From: Actinomycetota bacterium
GTDB taxonomy: Bacteria > Actinomycetota > UBA4738 > HRBIN12
Length of the DNA stretch: 64,000 nt
Reading direction: 5' to 3'
Assembly: GCA_035691205.1 (NCBI GenBank)
Contig: DASSJM010000032.1
Span: 15,698-79,697, forward strand
Part shown: positions 27,257 to 37,245 of the stretch, one piece after another
Layout of the letters: every line of letters starts with the position of its first letter
How positions within the stretch are numbered: the first letter of the stretch is position 1
The notes under the pieces: model-generated
Database searches by the model: none
Told to the model about the DNA's origin: nothing
The model's input: the letters and a program-made list of their open reading frames with translations, nothing else
Position numbers and translations under genes: made by a program

Positions 27257-28339
27257 TCAGGTGGTCGCGACCGGGTTCACCCCGAGCTCGACCGTCAGCA
27301 CCTCCTGTGAGCCGTCGGGGTGCACCAACCCGACCTCGACCCGGTCCCCCGGCTCGTGATCCCGGATCAGCTCGCCGAGCTGCTCCGACCCCGTGACGGG
27401 CTCCCCGTCGAACACCACGATGACGTCTCCGACCTGCACGCCCGCCGTCTCCGCGGGGCCGTCGCTCACGAGGCCCACGATGAGCGCCCCCTCGCCCACC
27501 GGCGGATCGAACTGGAACTGCACCTGCGGGTCGGAGACATCGCCCGAGCTGATCCCCATGAACGCGACCGGGGCCGAGGGATCCGCAGCGGCGCCGAAGA
27601 TGATCTCCCGGGCCGAGTCGATCTGGATCGCGAACCCGATGTTCTCGGCGCTCCCGGCGCCCGCGGTGTTGATCCCGACGACCTCACCGGCCAGGTTCAC
27701 GAGCGGGCCGCCCGAGTTCCCCGGATTGATCGCGGCGTCCGTCTGGATCACCTCCGCGTACACGCGCCGCTGCTGATCGCACTCGAGGCAGTTCTCGTCG
27801 GGTACCACGATCCTGCGCGCGAGGGAGGAGACGATGCCGGTCGTGACCGACGGTCCCCCCTCCAGGCCGAGGGCGTACCCGATGGCCACCACCTGCTGCC
27901 CGAGCCGCAGGTCCTCCGAGCGCCCGAGCGGAACGGTCGGCAGGTCCGATGCCTCGACGTCGAGCACTGCGAGGTCGGCCTCGATGTCGCCCCCGATCAC
28001 CCGAGCGTCGTACCGCACCGGCTCCTCGTCGGAGGTGACGACGGTCACCTCACTCGCCCCCTCGACGACGTGGAAGTTCGTCACGATGATGCCGTCCGAG
28101 CGAACGATGAAGCCGGTTCCCTCGCCCTCCCCCTGATCGGAGAGGGCGACCACGTTGACCACGGCCGGAAGGACGCTCTCGACCACCTCGACCACCGCGT
28201 CGGGACCCGAGGCGAACGCGGCCTCGCTCGAGGGGAACTCCGCCCGGGGCTCGGCCGTATCGGTCTGGGTGGACCCGACCGTGCAGGCCGCGCCCGCGAG
28301 GCCGAGCACCACGATCAAGGGGATGAGGGTTCGTCGCAT
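27257..28339 (-). CDS. HtrA/DegP-family trypsin-like serine protease with PDZ domain (lipoprotein-type signal)
   Basis: The track ORF reaches 28393. The internal start at 28339 gives MRRTLIPLIVVLGLAGAAC (signal peptide with lipobox-like AAC). Catalytic triad context ...TNFHVV..., D, GNSGGPLVN. C-terminal PDZ (GALIVGLVSDGPAETAGVQVGDVIVVFDGE). Confidence 0.75.
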   Translation of the reverse strand: MRRTLIPLIVVLGLAGAACTVGSTQTDTAEPRAEFPSSEAAFASGPDAVVEVVESVLPAVVNVVALSDQGEGEGTGFIVRSDGIIVTNFHVVEGASEVTVVTSDEEPVRYDARVIGGDIEADLAVLDVEASDLPTVPLGRSEDLRLGQQVVAIGYALGLEGGPSVTTGIVSSLARRIVVPDENCLECDQQRRVYAEVIQTDAAINPGNSGGPLVNLAGEVVGINTAGAGSAENIGFAIQIDSAREIIFGAAADPSAPVAFMGISSGDVSDPQVQFQFDPPVGEGALIVGLVSDGPAETAGVQVGDVIVVFDGEPVTGSEQLGELIRDHEPGDRVEVGLVHPDGSQEVLTVELGVNPVATT

Positions 28340-28427
28340 GTCGGTATCTCCAGTCTGTCGGTCCAGCCGCCATTCGACACGGGCAGGTACCACGTTCGGG
28401 CCTGGGACTGAGAGTTGACTGAGAGTC

Positions 28428-29372
28428 TCAGTCGGAGGGCGGTGCGGGCGGGGCAGGGCGGGGCAGGAGGCCGCCCTCCTCCAGGACGGTGGGGATCGCC
28501 TCCTCGTTGTTGATCGTCATGAGGTGCACGCCTGCGACCCCGGGGATCTGCCGGACCAGGTCGAGGACCTCCAGCGCGACCTCGATGCCGGCTCGCCGCT
28601 GTTCCGGGGCCGATCCGGCCTCCATCCGCTCGAGGAGCGACTCCGGCACGTCGATGCCGGGGACGTGGTCGCGGAGGTACCGCGTGGCGAGGCCGGAGCG
28701 GGGGATGAACACGCCCGCGATCACCCACACGTGGTCGAGCAGGCCGAGCTCGCCGCAGCGAGCCATGAACAGACGCATCTTCTCGACGTTGAAGCAGATC
28801 TGGGTCTGGACGAACTCCGCCCCGGCCTCGATCTTCTTGCCCAGTCGCATCGGCCGGAACTCCAGCGGAGGCGCGAAGGGATTCTCGACGGCGCCGACGA
28901 GGAACGTGGGGGGTCGGGTGAGGGGGCGGCCCGACAGGTAGCAGCCCTCGTCGCGCATGATCCGAGCGATGCGCAGCAGGTGGAGCGAGTCGATGTCGAA
29001 GATCGGCTTGGCCTCCGGGTGATCGCCGGCGGTCACGTCGTCGCCGGTCATGCACAGGATGTTGGGGATGCCCAGGGCCCCCGCTCCGAGCAGATCCGCT
29101 TGCAAGGCAAGGCGGTTCCGGTCGCGGCAGGTTAGCTGCATCACCGGCTCCACGCCGGCATCGGCAAGGAGGTGCGCGGCGGCGAGGGCCGCGAGGTGTG
29201 GATGGGCCGCCGAGTTGTCCGTGCAGTTGACGGCGTCCACGCGTCCTCGCAGGTGCTGCGCCAACTCGGTCACCGAGGCCGGATCGGCCGAGTCGGTCGT
29301 CTCGAGCTCCGCGGTCACGACGAACTCGCCGGCGAGCAGGAGCCGGTGGAGCTCGCTTCGCGCCTCGGTCAT
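28428..29372 (-). CDS. metF: MetF-type 5,10-methylenetetrahydrofolate reductase catalytic subunit
   Basis: The C-terminal 314 aa of track ORF 28428..29678 start at ATG 29372 (MTEARSELHRLLLAGEFVVTAELETTDSADP...), a TIM-barrel MTHFR. ATGA overlap with metV stop. The upstream 102 codons of the track ORF are spurious. Confidence 0.75.
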   Translation of the reverse strand: MTEARSELHRLLLAGEFVVTAELETTDSADPASVTELAQHLRGRVDAVNCTDNSAAHPHLAALAAAHLLADAGVEPVMQLTCRDRNRLALQADLLGAGALGIPNILCMTGDDVTAGDHPEAKPIFDIDSLHLLRIARIMRDEGCYLSGRPLTRPPTFLVGAVENPFAPPLEFRPMRLGKKIEAGAEFVQTQICFNVEKMRLFMARCGELGLLDHVWVIAGVFIPRSGLATRYLRDHVPGIDVPESLLERMEAGSAPEQRRAGIEVALEVLDLVRQIPGVAGVHLMTINNEEAIPTVLEEGGLLPRPAPPAPPSD

Positions 29373-29797
29373 CCGTGCATCTTCCCCGATGCTGCCCAAC
29401 CCGAGGGCACGTGCCGGTCGCGACGGGTGAGCAGGTTCTCCCACGAGGACGTCTCCTGCAGGCGCCAGTCCGTCGGGCGCTGGACGTGTCCCATGTGGTC
29501 GCGCCAGGCGGGGAGCTTGCGGGATCCTTCCCACGCCTGGACCCACACGCACTTCATCTCCGGCTCGACCTCGCAGCTCCCGTCCTGCAGGACCCCCCCG
29601 CACGGGCCGTTGCGCAGGTTCTTTGGGCATCGCATCGGACAGGACAGCCCGGTGGAGTGCAGGATGCACTGACCGCACATCCGGCAGTCCCAGAAAGTCT
29701 CCTTCGTGGACCGCTCCACGAGCAGGAGCGCCCTTCGGAACCCTCCCGGGCTCGCGGCGGTGGGTTGGGGTCTGCGGTCGAGTCGGCTTCGCGGCAC
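29369..29797 (-). CDS. metV: MetV-like small zinc-finger subunit (MTHFR_C domain)
   Basis: 142 aa with Cys cluster FWDCRMCGQCILHSTGLSCPMRCPKNLRNGPCGG, characteristic of the MTHFR_C small partner encoded upstream of acetogen/actinobacterial MetF. Confidence 0.65.
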   Translation of the reverse strand: MPRSRLDRRPQPTAASPGGFRRALLLVERSTKETFWDCRMCGQCILHSTGLSCPMRCPKNLRNGPCGGVLQDGSCEVEPEMKCVWVQAWEGSRKLPAWRDHMGHVQRPTDWRLQETSSWENLLTRRDRHVPSGWAASGKMHG

Positions 29798-29820
29798 CGC
29801 GATGTCCCCCTAGCCTCCGG

Positions 29821-31002
29821 CTATCCCGCGCGCAGGTCGGCGGCGGGGATCTCCTTCCGCGGGTCGATGAACGGGATGGCAGCCGTGGCCACCTCGAGAG
29901 GTCCGTGCTCGGACTCGACCTGCAGGCGGTTGCCCGGCTCGGCGAGGTCGATCGGCACCCACGCGTAGCCGATGTTCCGTTCGAGCCTGGGCGACCATAT
30001 GGCGTCGGTCACGCGGCCCACCCGCTGCCCGTCCCGCATCACAGGCCAGAACCAGGACAGCTCCGCCGGCAGCTCGTCGCCCGACCACTCGATGCCGACG
30101 AGCTTGCGATCGACGCCACGCTCCTTCAGGGACAGCAGGGCCTTCTTGCCGATGTAGGCTTGCGGCTGGTCCTCGACGAGGTGCTCGAGCCCCATGACGT
30201 GCAGCGGGGTGTCCTCCAGGGTCATGTCCGAGCCCCAGTTCATGATGCCCGCCTCGATCCGCCTGGCCTCGACCGGCGCGACGGGGCGGATGCCGAACTC
30301 TTCGCCGGCCTCGAAGACCGCGTCCCACAGCTCCGTGCCGCGACCCGGATCCAGGAGGTTGATCTCGAAGCCCTGCACGGCGGTCCAGCCGGTCCGGCTG
30401 ATGAGCACGGGGATCCCGGCGATCTCGAACCAGTCACACCAGTAGTACTTGAGGTCGAGGATCCCGGGACCGGCCAGCTTCTCCACGGTCTTGGCCGCCT
30501 TCGCGCCCTGGATCTGCATCGGGTAGGCGTCGGGGTACGAGATCTCGACGTCCATGTTCGAGGCCGCGGCCACGCCGGTCGCGTACAGGCCCGCATCGGA
30601 GTCGGCCAGCTGCATCCACCAGCGGTTCTCGCCGACGTGGAGCAGGACGGGGTCGTTGACGATCCCACCGTCCGGCGCGGTGACGATCATGTACTTGCCC
30701 TGCTTCACCTGACACCTCGTGAGGTCGCGGCAGGTGAGCGAGTCGACGAACCGATCCGCGTCGTTCCCGCTGATCTGCACCGTGCGCTCCACGGCCACGT
30801 CCCAGACGGTGACGTCGTTCAGAAGCGCCCAGTATTCGGTCACCGGGTCGTCGAAGTAGGACGGCAGGAGCATATGGTTGTACACGTCGTAGGCGGTGCA
30901 ACCCGCCCGCCGCGACGCCTCGAAGTACGGCGACCGCCGGTACCAGGGGCCGAAGTAGATCGTGGCGCTCTGCTCGAGCATCCCCGGGCGCTCGTTCACC
31001 AT
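29821..31002 (-). CDS. GcvT-family aminomethyltransferase/THF-dependent demethylase paralog 1
   Basis: 393 aa. Folate-binding GcvT fold (…LLNDVTVWDVAVERTVQISGNDADRFVDSL…), C-terminal barrel (…GYAWVPIDLAEPGNRLQVE…). About 45% identical by eye to the neighbouring paralog. Confidence 0.8.
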   Translation of the reverse strand: MVNERPGMLEQSATIYFGPWYRRSPYFEASRRAGCTAYDVYNHMLLPSYFDDPVTEYWALLNDVTVWDVAVERTVQISGNDADRFVDSLTCRDLTRCQVKQGKYMIVTAPDGGIVNDPVLLHVGENRWWMQLADSDAGLYATGVAAASNMDVEISYPDAYPMQIQGAKAAKTVEKLAGPGILDLKYYWCDWFEIAGIPVLISRTGWTAVQGFEINLLDPGRGTELWDAVFEAGEEFGIRPVAPVEARRIEAGIMNWGSDMTLEDTPLHVMGLEHLVEDQPQAYIGKKALLSLKERGVDRKLVGIEWSGDELPAELSWFWPVMRDGQRVGRVTDAIWSPRLERNIGYAWVPIDLAEPGNRLQVESEHGPLEVATAAIPFIDPRKEIPAADLRAG

Positions 31003-31146
31003 GGTCGTCGCTCCTTCCGGGTCGCCTGTCGGGCGTTGGGCTGAATCATCGTTCAGTCAAGACCCTGAGCGCAACCGCCATCCGCCGCGACCGTCCCTGG
31101 CTCACCTTGAACCGTCGGACAGGAAGCACCCCGGCCCCACGTGGAC

Positions 31147-32286
31147 CTACGAGACGGGGATCTGCTTCCCCGGGTCCACGAAGGGCATCTCGACCACCGT
31201 GCCGCCCCGCGTGCCCCACTCGCTCTCGATCGTCACGCGCGTGCCGAGGGTGGACCGCTCCGCCGGGAGCCACGCGAAGCCGATGTTCGCGTTCAGTCGG
31301 GGCGAGTAGATCGCGGACGTCACCTTGCCGATGCGCTCACCGGCCTCGGTCACGGGCCACTTCACGTTGTTGAGCTCCGGGAAGGGATCCCCATCGATCT
31401 CGAGGCCGTTGATCCTCCGGTCCACGCCCCGGTCGCGGATCGCCCGCAGCGCCCGCAGGGAGATGCTGGCGTCGTCGGGGAGGTCCCACGCGACGAGGCG
31501 CTCCAGGCCCAGCTCCAGCGGGTTGTTCTCGTAGGTCATGTCGGCGCCCCAATTGAAGATCCCGCCCTCGATGCGGCGGATGTCGCTCGGGCCGGTCGGC
31601 CTGACGTTGAACTCCTGCCCGGCCTCCATCAACGCCTCGTAGACCTCGGTGCCCCGGCTCGTGTCGGTCAGGTAGACCTCGTAGCCCACCTCGGAGGTCC
31701 AGCCGGTGCGGGTGACGATCACCGGTGCACCCGCGATCTTCGCCTCGGTCCAGAAGTAGTACTTCAGATCCAGGATCTGGTCCCCGAGGAGCTTGGCCAT
31801 CAGCTGCTTTGACTTCGGCCCCTGCACCTGGAGCGGCGCGACGTCGGCCTCCTGGATCGTCACGTCCAGGTCCGGGTAGGCGTTCTTCAGCCCCCGCGCG
31901 AACAGGAGCGCGTCCGAGGACGCGAGCGCGAACCAGAACGTGTTCTCGTCCATCCGCGTGAGCACGGGGTCGTTGATGATCCCGCCATCGCTGTCGCAGA
32001 TGAGCACGTACTTGCCCTGCCCGACCGCGCAACGGGACAGGTCACGGGGGGTGAGGAGCTGCGCGAAGCGGAACCCGTCGGGACCCGAGATCTCCAGGCA
32101 GCGCTCCACCGAGACGTCCCAGATCGTGACGTCGTTCAGGAGGGACTCGAACTCCGCCTCGAAGGTGTCGAAGCGGATCGGGAAGTACATGTGGTTGTAG
32201 ACGGTGAAGCCCTTGGGCTCGTGCTTCTGGGTGGCCTCGTAGTAGGGCGTGCGGCGGTTGCGCGCCCCTCGCTGTACCTGGCTCAT
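31147..32286 (-). CDS. GcvT-family aminomethyltransferase/THF-dependent demethylase paralog 2
   Basis: The C-terminal 379 aa of track ORF 31147..32550 from ATG 32286 (MSQVQRGARNRRTPYYEATQKHEPKGFTVYNHMYFP...). Same architecture as paralog 1. The upstream 88 codons overlap the amidohydrolase gene and are spurious. Confidence 0.8.
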   Translation of the reverse strand: MSQVQRGARNRRTPYYEATQKHEPKGFTVYNHMYFPIRFDTFEAEFESLLNDVTIWDVSVERCLEISGPDGFRFAQLLTPRDLSRCAVGQGKYVLICDSDGGIINDPVLTRMDENTFWFALASSDALLFARGLKNAYPDLDVTIQEADVAPLQVQGPKSKQLMAKLLGDQILDLKYYFWTEAKIAGAPVIVTRTGWTSEVGYEVYLTDTSRGTEVYEALMEAGQEFNVRPTGPSDIRRIEGGIFNWGADMTYENNPLELGLERLVAWDLPDDASISLRALRAIRDRGVDRRINGLEIDGDPFPELNNVKWPVTEAGERIGKVTSAIYSPRLNANIGFAWLPAERSTLGTRVTIESEWGTRGGTVVEMPFVDPGKQIPVS

Positions 32287-32401
32287 GTCGAACGCCACGA
32301 TCCCCTCCTCGCTGATCCGAGCGATGGCCCGGCGGTCCCGCGGGCCGGGCGTATCGTCCGACCGCCCCGGGTGGGCGGCAAGGATGGACTCTGACCGCAG
32401 G

Positions 32402-34102
32402 TCAGACGCCGGCCTCGTACACCGGCTCTCCCTCGACGTAGGTCGCCTGCACGGTCGCCTCGTGGATGGCCTCGGGCGCCAGGGTGAAGAGGTTGCGGTC
32501 GAGCACCGCCAGGTCGGCCAGCTTGCCCACCTCGATCGAGCCGGTGACATCGTCGAGATGGTTCACGTACGCCGCGTTGATCGTGAATCCGGCGATCGCC
32601 GCGGGCAGGTCGATCCGCTCGTCCGGCAGGAACACCTCCTCGCTCTGGCCACCGTAGGCATACGTGGCCGGCGCCTGTCGGTTCACGGCCACGTGCATCT
32701 GCTCGATCGGGTCCGGGCTCGAAACGGACCAGTCGCTGCCCATCGCGAGGACGGCTCCCGTGCGCGCGAGGCTGCCGAACGGGTACTGCCAGGTGGAACG
32801 TTCGGGGCCGAGGAACGGGATCGTGAGGTGAAGCATCTGCCCCTCGTTGACCGCCCAGAGCGGCTGGGCGTTCGCGACGACGTCGAGGCCGCGGAAGCGA
32901 GGCACGTCCTCCGGATGGATCACCTGGATGTGTGCGATGTGGTGGCGGAGGTCGTTCGGGCCGTTGACCCCGCGAGCGGCCTCGACGGCGTCCAGCGCCT
33001 CTCGGACCGCGCGTTCGCCGATCGCGTGGAAGTGGACCTGGAACCCCTCGGCGTCCAGGCGGGTCACGACCGCCTTCAGCTCCTCCGGATCGACGAACGA
33101 TCTCCCTCGGTTGTCGGTCGGAGCGCCGTTCGCGTCGAGGTAGGGCTCGAGGACCCCCGCGGTCTGGTTCTCGATGACGCCGTCCTGCATGATCTTCACG
33201 CTCGTCGCCACGAAGCGACCCACCGGTGTGCGCGTCCGTGCTGCGATGAGGTCCTCGACCTGTTCGATCCCACGGTGTCGGTCCCACCACAGCGCCGCGA
33301 TCACGCGTGCGGTGAGCTCGCCCGCCCCGGCGAACGTGACGTACGCATCGAAGGTGCGGTATCCGGAGTCCAGGCCGACGATCGCGTCCTGCCACGCGGT
33401 GATGCCGAGGGAGTGCAGATACGCCTGCGCGATGCGGAGGGACGCGATCCAGTCCTCCATCGTCTCGTCGGGGACGTGCTCGTTAACCAGTGCAGAGGCA
33501 CCCTCGTGCAGCGTCCCGGTCGGCTCGCCGTCCGCATCGCGCACGATCCAGCCGTCGGAGGGATCCGGCGTGTCCCGCGTCACGCCGGCGACCTCCAGTG
33601 CCTTCGAGTTCACCCACGCGCTGTGTCCGTCCCGGCTGGGCAGGTACACGGGGCGGTCCGGGACGATCCGGTCGAGCACGTCCTTCGTGGGATTGCCGCC
33701 CGGGAAGAGGTCCATCGACCATCCACCGCCCACCACCCACTCGTCGTCGGGGTGGGACGTCACGAACCCGGCGATGATGCGCTCGTACTCCTCGACGGAG
33801 TAGGCGTCGGATAGGTTGCAGTGCAGCATGTCGAAGCCCCCGCCCGGGGGGTGGCAATGTGCGTCCTGGAAGCCGGGCACCAGCATGCGGCCCTGCAGGT
33901 CCACGACCTCGGTTCCCGTCGCGGCGAGCGAGCGGACCTGCTCATCGGTCCCCACCGCGGCGATGCGGCCGTCCTTCACCGCGACCGCCTGCGCCCATCG
34001 TCTCGCGGCGTCGACCGTGTACACGGCCCCGTTCACGAACACGAGGTCGGCCGAACCCTTGTCGCTCACGGGCACCCTCCGGTCATCGAGCGGCCGAAGC
34101 AT
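32402..34102 (-). CDS. amidohydrolase-3-family metal-dependent hydrolase
   Basis: 566 aa. LVFVNGAVYTVD...LQGRMLVPGFQDAHCHP (HxH metal site), ...AIGERAVREALDAVE, HHIAHIQ, C-terminal AMGSDWSVSSPDP. Paralogous to 597..2108. Confidence 0.8.
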   Translation of the reverse strand: MLRPLDDRRVPVSDKGSADLVFVNGAVYTVDAARRWAQAVAVKDGRIAAVGTDEQVRSLAATGTEVVDLQGRMLVPGFQDAHCHPPGGGFDMLHCNLSDAYSVEEYERIIAGFVTSHPDDEWVVGGGWSMDLFPGGNPTKDVLDRIVPDRPVYLPSRDGHSAWVNSKALEVAGVTRDTPDPSDGWIVRDADGEPTGTLHEGASALVNEHVPDETMEDWIASLRIAQAYLHSLGITAWQDAIVGLDSGYRTFDAYVTFAGAGELTARVIAALWWDRHRGIEQVEDLIAARTRTPVGRFVATSVKIMQDGVIENQTAGVLEPYLDANGAPTDNRGRSFVDPEELKAVVTRLDAEGFQVHFHAIGERAVREALDAVEAARGVNGPNDLRHHIAHIQVIHPEDVPRFRGLDVVANAQPLWAVNEGQMLHLTIPFLGPERSTWQYPFGSLARTGAVLAMGSDWSVSSPDPIEQMHVAVNRQAPATYAYGGQSEEVFLPDERIDLPAAIAGFTINAAYVNHLDDVTGSIEVGKLADLAVLDRNLFTLAPEAIHEATVQATYVEGEPVYEAGV

Positions 34103-34149
34103 ACCGGTGCGGGATATGCTCGCGCCCCAACGCGTTCCGGGAGGCTGGT

Positions 34150-35640
34150 GTGCGGAGGATCCGGTCCGTCGTAGCGGTGACGCTCGCCCTCGCGACCCTG
34201 CCGGGCGGCCTGGCGGCGGCCTCCGGGCAGACCGCCGACCCGGTCACGGTGCGGGTGATGACCTTCAACATCTGGTACGGGGCCACCCCGACCCATGGGC
34301 TCGACGAGGTCGTGGACGCGATCGAGCTCGCCGACGCCGACGTGATCGGGATGCAGGAGCCCTACGCCCGCCTGCGCCGGATCGCCTCGGCGCTCGGCTT
34401 CTACGTTTCCCCTCGGATGCACGTCATCTCCCGCTACCCGATCCTCGAGCCCGCCGGTACGGACGGCGGCTGGGCGTACCTGCTGCTCGGCCCGGGCCGG
34501 GTGGCGGCGATCGCGAACACGCACCTCCCCTGCTGCCCGTACACGCCCTATCGGATCGTGCACAAGGGGTTCACGCGCCGGGAGGCCCTCGAGCAGGAGG
34601 CGAACACGCGGGTCCGCAAGATCGAGCGGCAGCTCGCCCCCCTGGGGCCGCTGATCGACGCCTCGGTCCCCACGTTCTTCACCGGCGACTTCAACACGCC
34701 GTCGCATCGGGACTGGACGCCCGCGGCCGTGGAGGCCCGCGGGTTGCCCTATCCGATCCGGTGGCCGGTGTCCCTCGCGATGGAGGAGGCGGGGTTCGTC
34801 GACTCCTACCGCGCGGTGCATCCGGACCCGGTCGCCGATCCCGGGTTCACGTGGACGCCGGGGTATCCGGCTCCGTTCGTGTACGACTGGGACGTCCACG
34901 ATCGGATCGACTTCGTCTGGGCGGCCGGTCCCGCGATGCCGATGGACAGCCGTGTCGTCGGCGAGTCCCGGACGAACGCCGACCTCGTGATCGCTCCGTA
35001 CCCCACCGATCACCGCGGCGTGGTGTCGACGTTCGAGGTCACGCCCGCGTCGCCACCCGTCTTCGTCGCGGCCGATCGGGAGCGTTCGAGGCCCGGCCGG
35101 GCCCTGGACGTCTGGTTCCATTCGGCCGGGGGCGCCGACGAGCACGTGAGGCTCGTGGAGGCGGCGAGCGGCACCGTCGTCGCCGAGGTCCCGACCGGCC
35201 CGGAGCCGACGGTCGATGGAACGGTCGCCTTCGACACCACCGGCCTCGTGCAGGGCCCCTACGACCTGCTCCTGCTGGACGGGAGCGGCGCCGAGCTGGC
35301 GCGCGATCACGTCGTCCTGGTGGCCCACGATCAAGATCCGATCCTCACCCTGGCCGACGGAACGCTCGAGGGCGCACAACGCCTCGAGGTCGCCTGGACC
35401 TTCGCGCCGGGCAACCGCTACGACTGGCTCGGCGTCTTCCGCGCCGGTCGGACGGCCAAGACGGGCTCGATCAAGGCGTGGCGCTACCTCGAGGCTCAGG
35501 TCGACGGCTCGACGACGATCGGGCCCGGCGCCCGAGGTGCCGCAGGATGGCCGCTGCCCCCGGGCGACTACGAGCTGCATCTGTGCCTGGACGACTCCTA
35601 TCGATGTCGGGTGTCGGCGCCGTTCACCGTCCTGGGCTGA
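34150..35640 (+). CDS. secreted endonuclease/exonuclease/phosphatase (EEP)-family protein
   Basis: The track ORF starts at 33859, but GTG 34150 (GGGAGG 5 nt upstream) gives VRRIRSVVAVTLALATLPGGLAAASG (signal peptide). EEP motifs VMTFNIWYG...IGMQE...TGDFN...DHR. C-terminal half is a beta-rich domain. Confidence 0.7.
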   Translation: MRRIRSVVAVTLALATLPGGLAAASGQTADPVTVRVMTFNIWYGATPTHGLDEVVDAIELADADVIGMQEPYARLRRIASALGFYVSPRMHVISRYPILEPAGTDGGWAYLLLGPGRVAAIANTHLPCCPYTPYRIVHKGFTRREALEQEANTRVRKIERQLAPLGPLIDASVPTFFTGDFNTPSHRDWTPAAVEARGLPYPIRWPVSLAMEEAGFVDSYRAVHPDPVADPGFTWTPGYPAPFVYDWDVHDRIDFVWAAGPAMPMDSRVVGESRTNADLVIAPYPTDHRGVVSTFEVTPASPPVFVAADRERSRPGRALDVWFHSAGGADEHVRLVEAASGTVVAEVPTGPEPTVDGTVAFDTTGLVQGPYDLLLLDGSGAELARDHVVLVAHDQDPILTLADGTLEGAQRLEVAWTFAPGNRYDWLGVFRAGRTAKTGSIKAWRYLEAQVDGSTTIGPGARGAAGWPLPPGDYELHLCLDDSYRCRVSAPFTVLG

Positions 35641-35646
35641 GCGGGC

Positions 35647-37245
35647 TCACGCGAGCGCGACCAGCTCCAGCAGCTCGTCGTCCCACCACGTGAGCTCGCC
35701 CTCGGGCATCATCAGGACCCGCCGAGGTGCGAGGGCCTCCACGAACCCCACGTCGTGGCTCACGAGCACCATCGAGCCCGACCAGGTCGACAGGGCCTCG
35801 GCCACCGCGGTGCGCGAGGGCGGGTCGAGGTTGTTGGTGGGCTCGTCCAACAGGATCAGGTTGCGCCGACCCGCCACGAGCTGTGCGAGCGCGAGCTTGG
35901 TCTTCTCCCCGCCCGAGAGCGTCCCGGCCTCCTGGAACGCGACGTCGCCCGTGAGGCCGAACATCCCGAGCAGGCCCCGCAGCTCCTGGTCGGAGGCGTC
36001 GGTGGACTCGGCCCGCACGTGGGCCAGGACCGAGTCCTCGTCGCGGAGCAGCTCGTGCTCCTGCGCGTAGTACCCGAGGGAGACGCCGTGGCCCAGGCGG
36101 AGCGAGCCCGCGTCGGCATCCGTCACCCCGGCGAGGATGCGAAGCAGGCTCGTCTTGCCGGCCCCGTTCAGGCCCATGATGAGCAGCCGCTCGCCCCGCT
36201 CCACCGCGAAGCCGACATCCCGGAACACGGCAGGGCCCCCGTAGCCCTTCGCGAGCCCATCCGCCTGGAGCACGACCTTCCCGGCGTGCGGCGGTTCGGG
36301 GAACCGGTAGCGGACCCGGCGCTCGCGTGCGGGTCCGTGCACGGCCGTCGACTCGAGGCGGGCGGCCCGAGAGTCCAGGGTCTTGGCCTTGCGGGCCCTC
36401 TTGGCCGTCTGGCCCCGCATCGAGTCGGCGAGCGTCTTCAGGCGCCGGATCTCGGTCTGCTGGCGTTCGGCCATGGCCCGGAGGCGGGCCTCGTCCTGCC
36501 GTCTGGCCTCCCGGTACTCGGAGTAGGTGCCCCGGTACTGGACGACCCCCTCCCGGTCCAGATGCAGGATCCTGGTGATCGATGCGTCGAGCAGCGCGAG
36601 ATCGTGGCTGACGACGACGAGCGCGCCTCGGTACGACGCGAGGAAGCGCATCAGCCAGTGTTTGGCGTCGCTGTCCAGGTGGTTCGTGGGCTCGTCGAGC
36701 AACAGGACGTCGGAGCCGGCGAAGAGGATCCGCGTGAGCTCGAGCCGGCGCCGCTCCCCACCCGAGAGCGCGGGGACCGGCAGGTCCAGGCGGTCCTGTG
36801 CCAGGCCGAGGCCGACGGCGATCCGCTGCGCCTCGGCCTCGCCCGAGTAGCCGCCGGCGGCCCGGTACCGCTCCTCGAGGCGGGCGAACCGGCGGACGTT
36901 GGCGTCGGAGGCGCGCTCCTCGACGGCGAGGCGGGCCTTCTCCGTCCTCTCCGCCAGCTCGAGGAGGCCTCGTGCCTGCAGCACGTGCACGAGGCCGGTG
37001 TGCTCGTCCTGCGCGCGGTGCTGGCGGGGATCCTGCCGCAGGTAGCCGAGCCGGCCCTGCACCACGACCCGCCCCGCGACGGGCTGCTCCTCCCCCGCGA
37101 GGACCTTCAGCAGGCTCGTCTTGCCCGCGCCGTTGCGGCCCACGACACCGACTTTGTCGCCGGCGCGCAGGGAGAGCGTCAGGCCCTCCAACAGCGGCCG
37201 GCCGGCCGCCTCGACCGCGAGGTCGCGGATCTGGAGCGCGCTCAT
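35647..37245 (-). CDS. ABC-F family ATPase (tandem ABC domains, no TMD)
   Basis: 532 aa. Two Walker A (GRNGAGKTSLL, GLNGAGKTSLL), two LSGGE signatures, two Walker B (LLLDEPTNHLD, LILLDEPTNNLD), and an inter-domain linker. Confidence 0.85.
   Translation of the reverse strand: MSALQIRDLAVEAAGRPLLEGLTLSLRAGDKVGVVGRNGAGKTSLLKVLAGEEQPVAGRVVVQGRLGYLRQDPRQHRAQDEHTGLVHVLQARGLLELAERTEKARLAVEERASDANVRRFARLEERYRAAGGYSGEAEAQRIAVGLGLAQDRLDLPVPALSGGERRRLELTRILFAGSDVLLLDEPTNHLDSDAKHWLMRFLASYRGALVVVSHDLALLDASITRILHLDREGVVQYRGTYSEYREARRQDEARLRAMAERQQTEIRRLKTLADSMRGQTAKRARKAKTLDSRAARLESTAVHGPARERRVRYRFPEPPHAGKVVLQADGLAKGYGGPAVFRDVGFAVERGERLLIMGLNGAGKTSLLRILAGVTDADAGSLRLGHGVSLGYYAQEHELLRDEDSVLAHVRAESTDASDQELRGLLGMFGLTGDVAFQEAGTLSGGEKTKLALAQLVAGRRNLILLDEPTNNLDPPSRTAVAEALSTWSGSMVLVSHDVGFVEALAPRRVLMMPEGELTWWDDELLELVALA

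Noticed and set aside
31003-31146. 144-bp gap between the two GcvT-family genes considered for a small ORF or ncRNA
   Set aside because: It holds only a short palindrome (ctgaa-tcatcg-ttcag). No ORF with a start plus SD and no recognisable riboswitch motif. Left as a possible operator only.
33859-34149. 97-codon N-terminal extension of the EEP-family ORF
   Set aside because: Pro/Arg-rich and overlaps the divergent amidohydrolase start. An SD plus GTG at 34150 yields a clean signal peptide.
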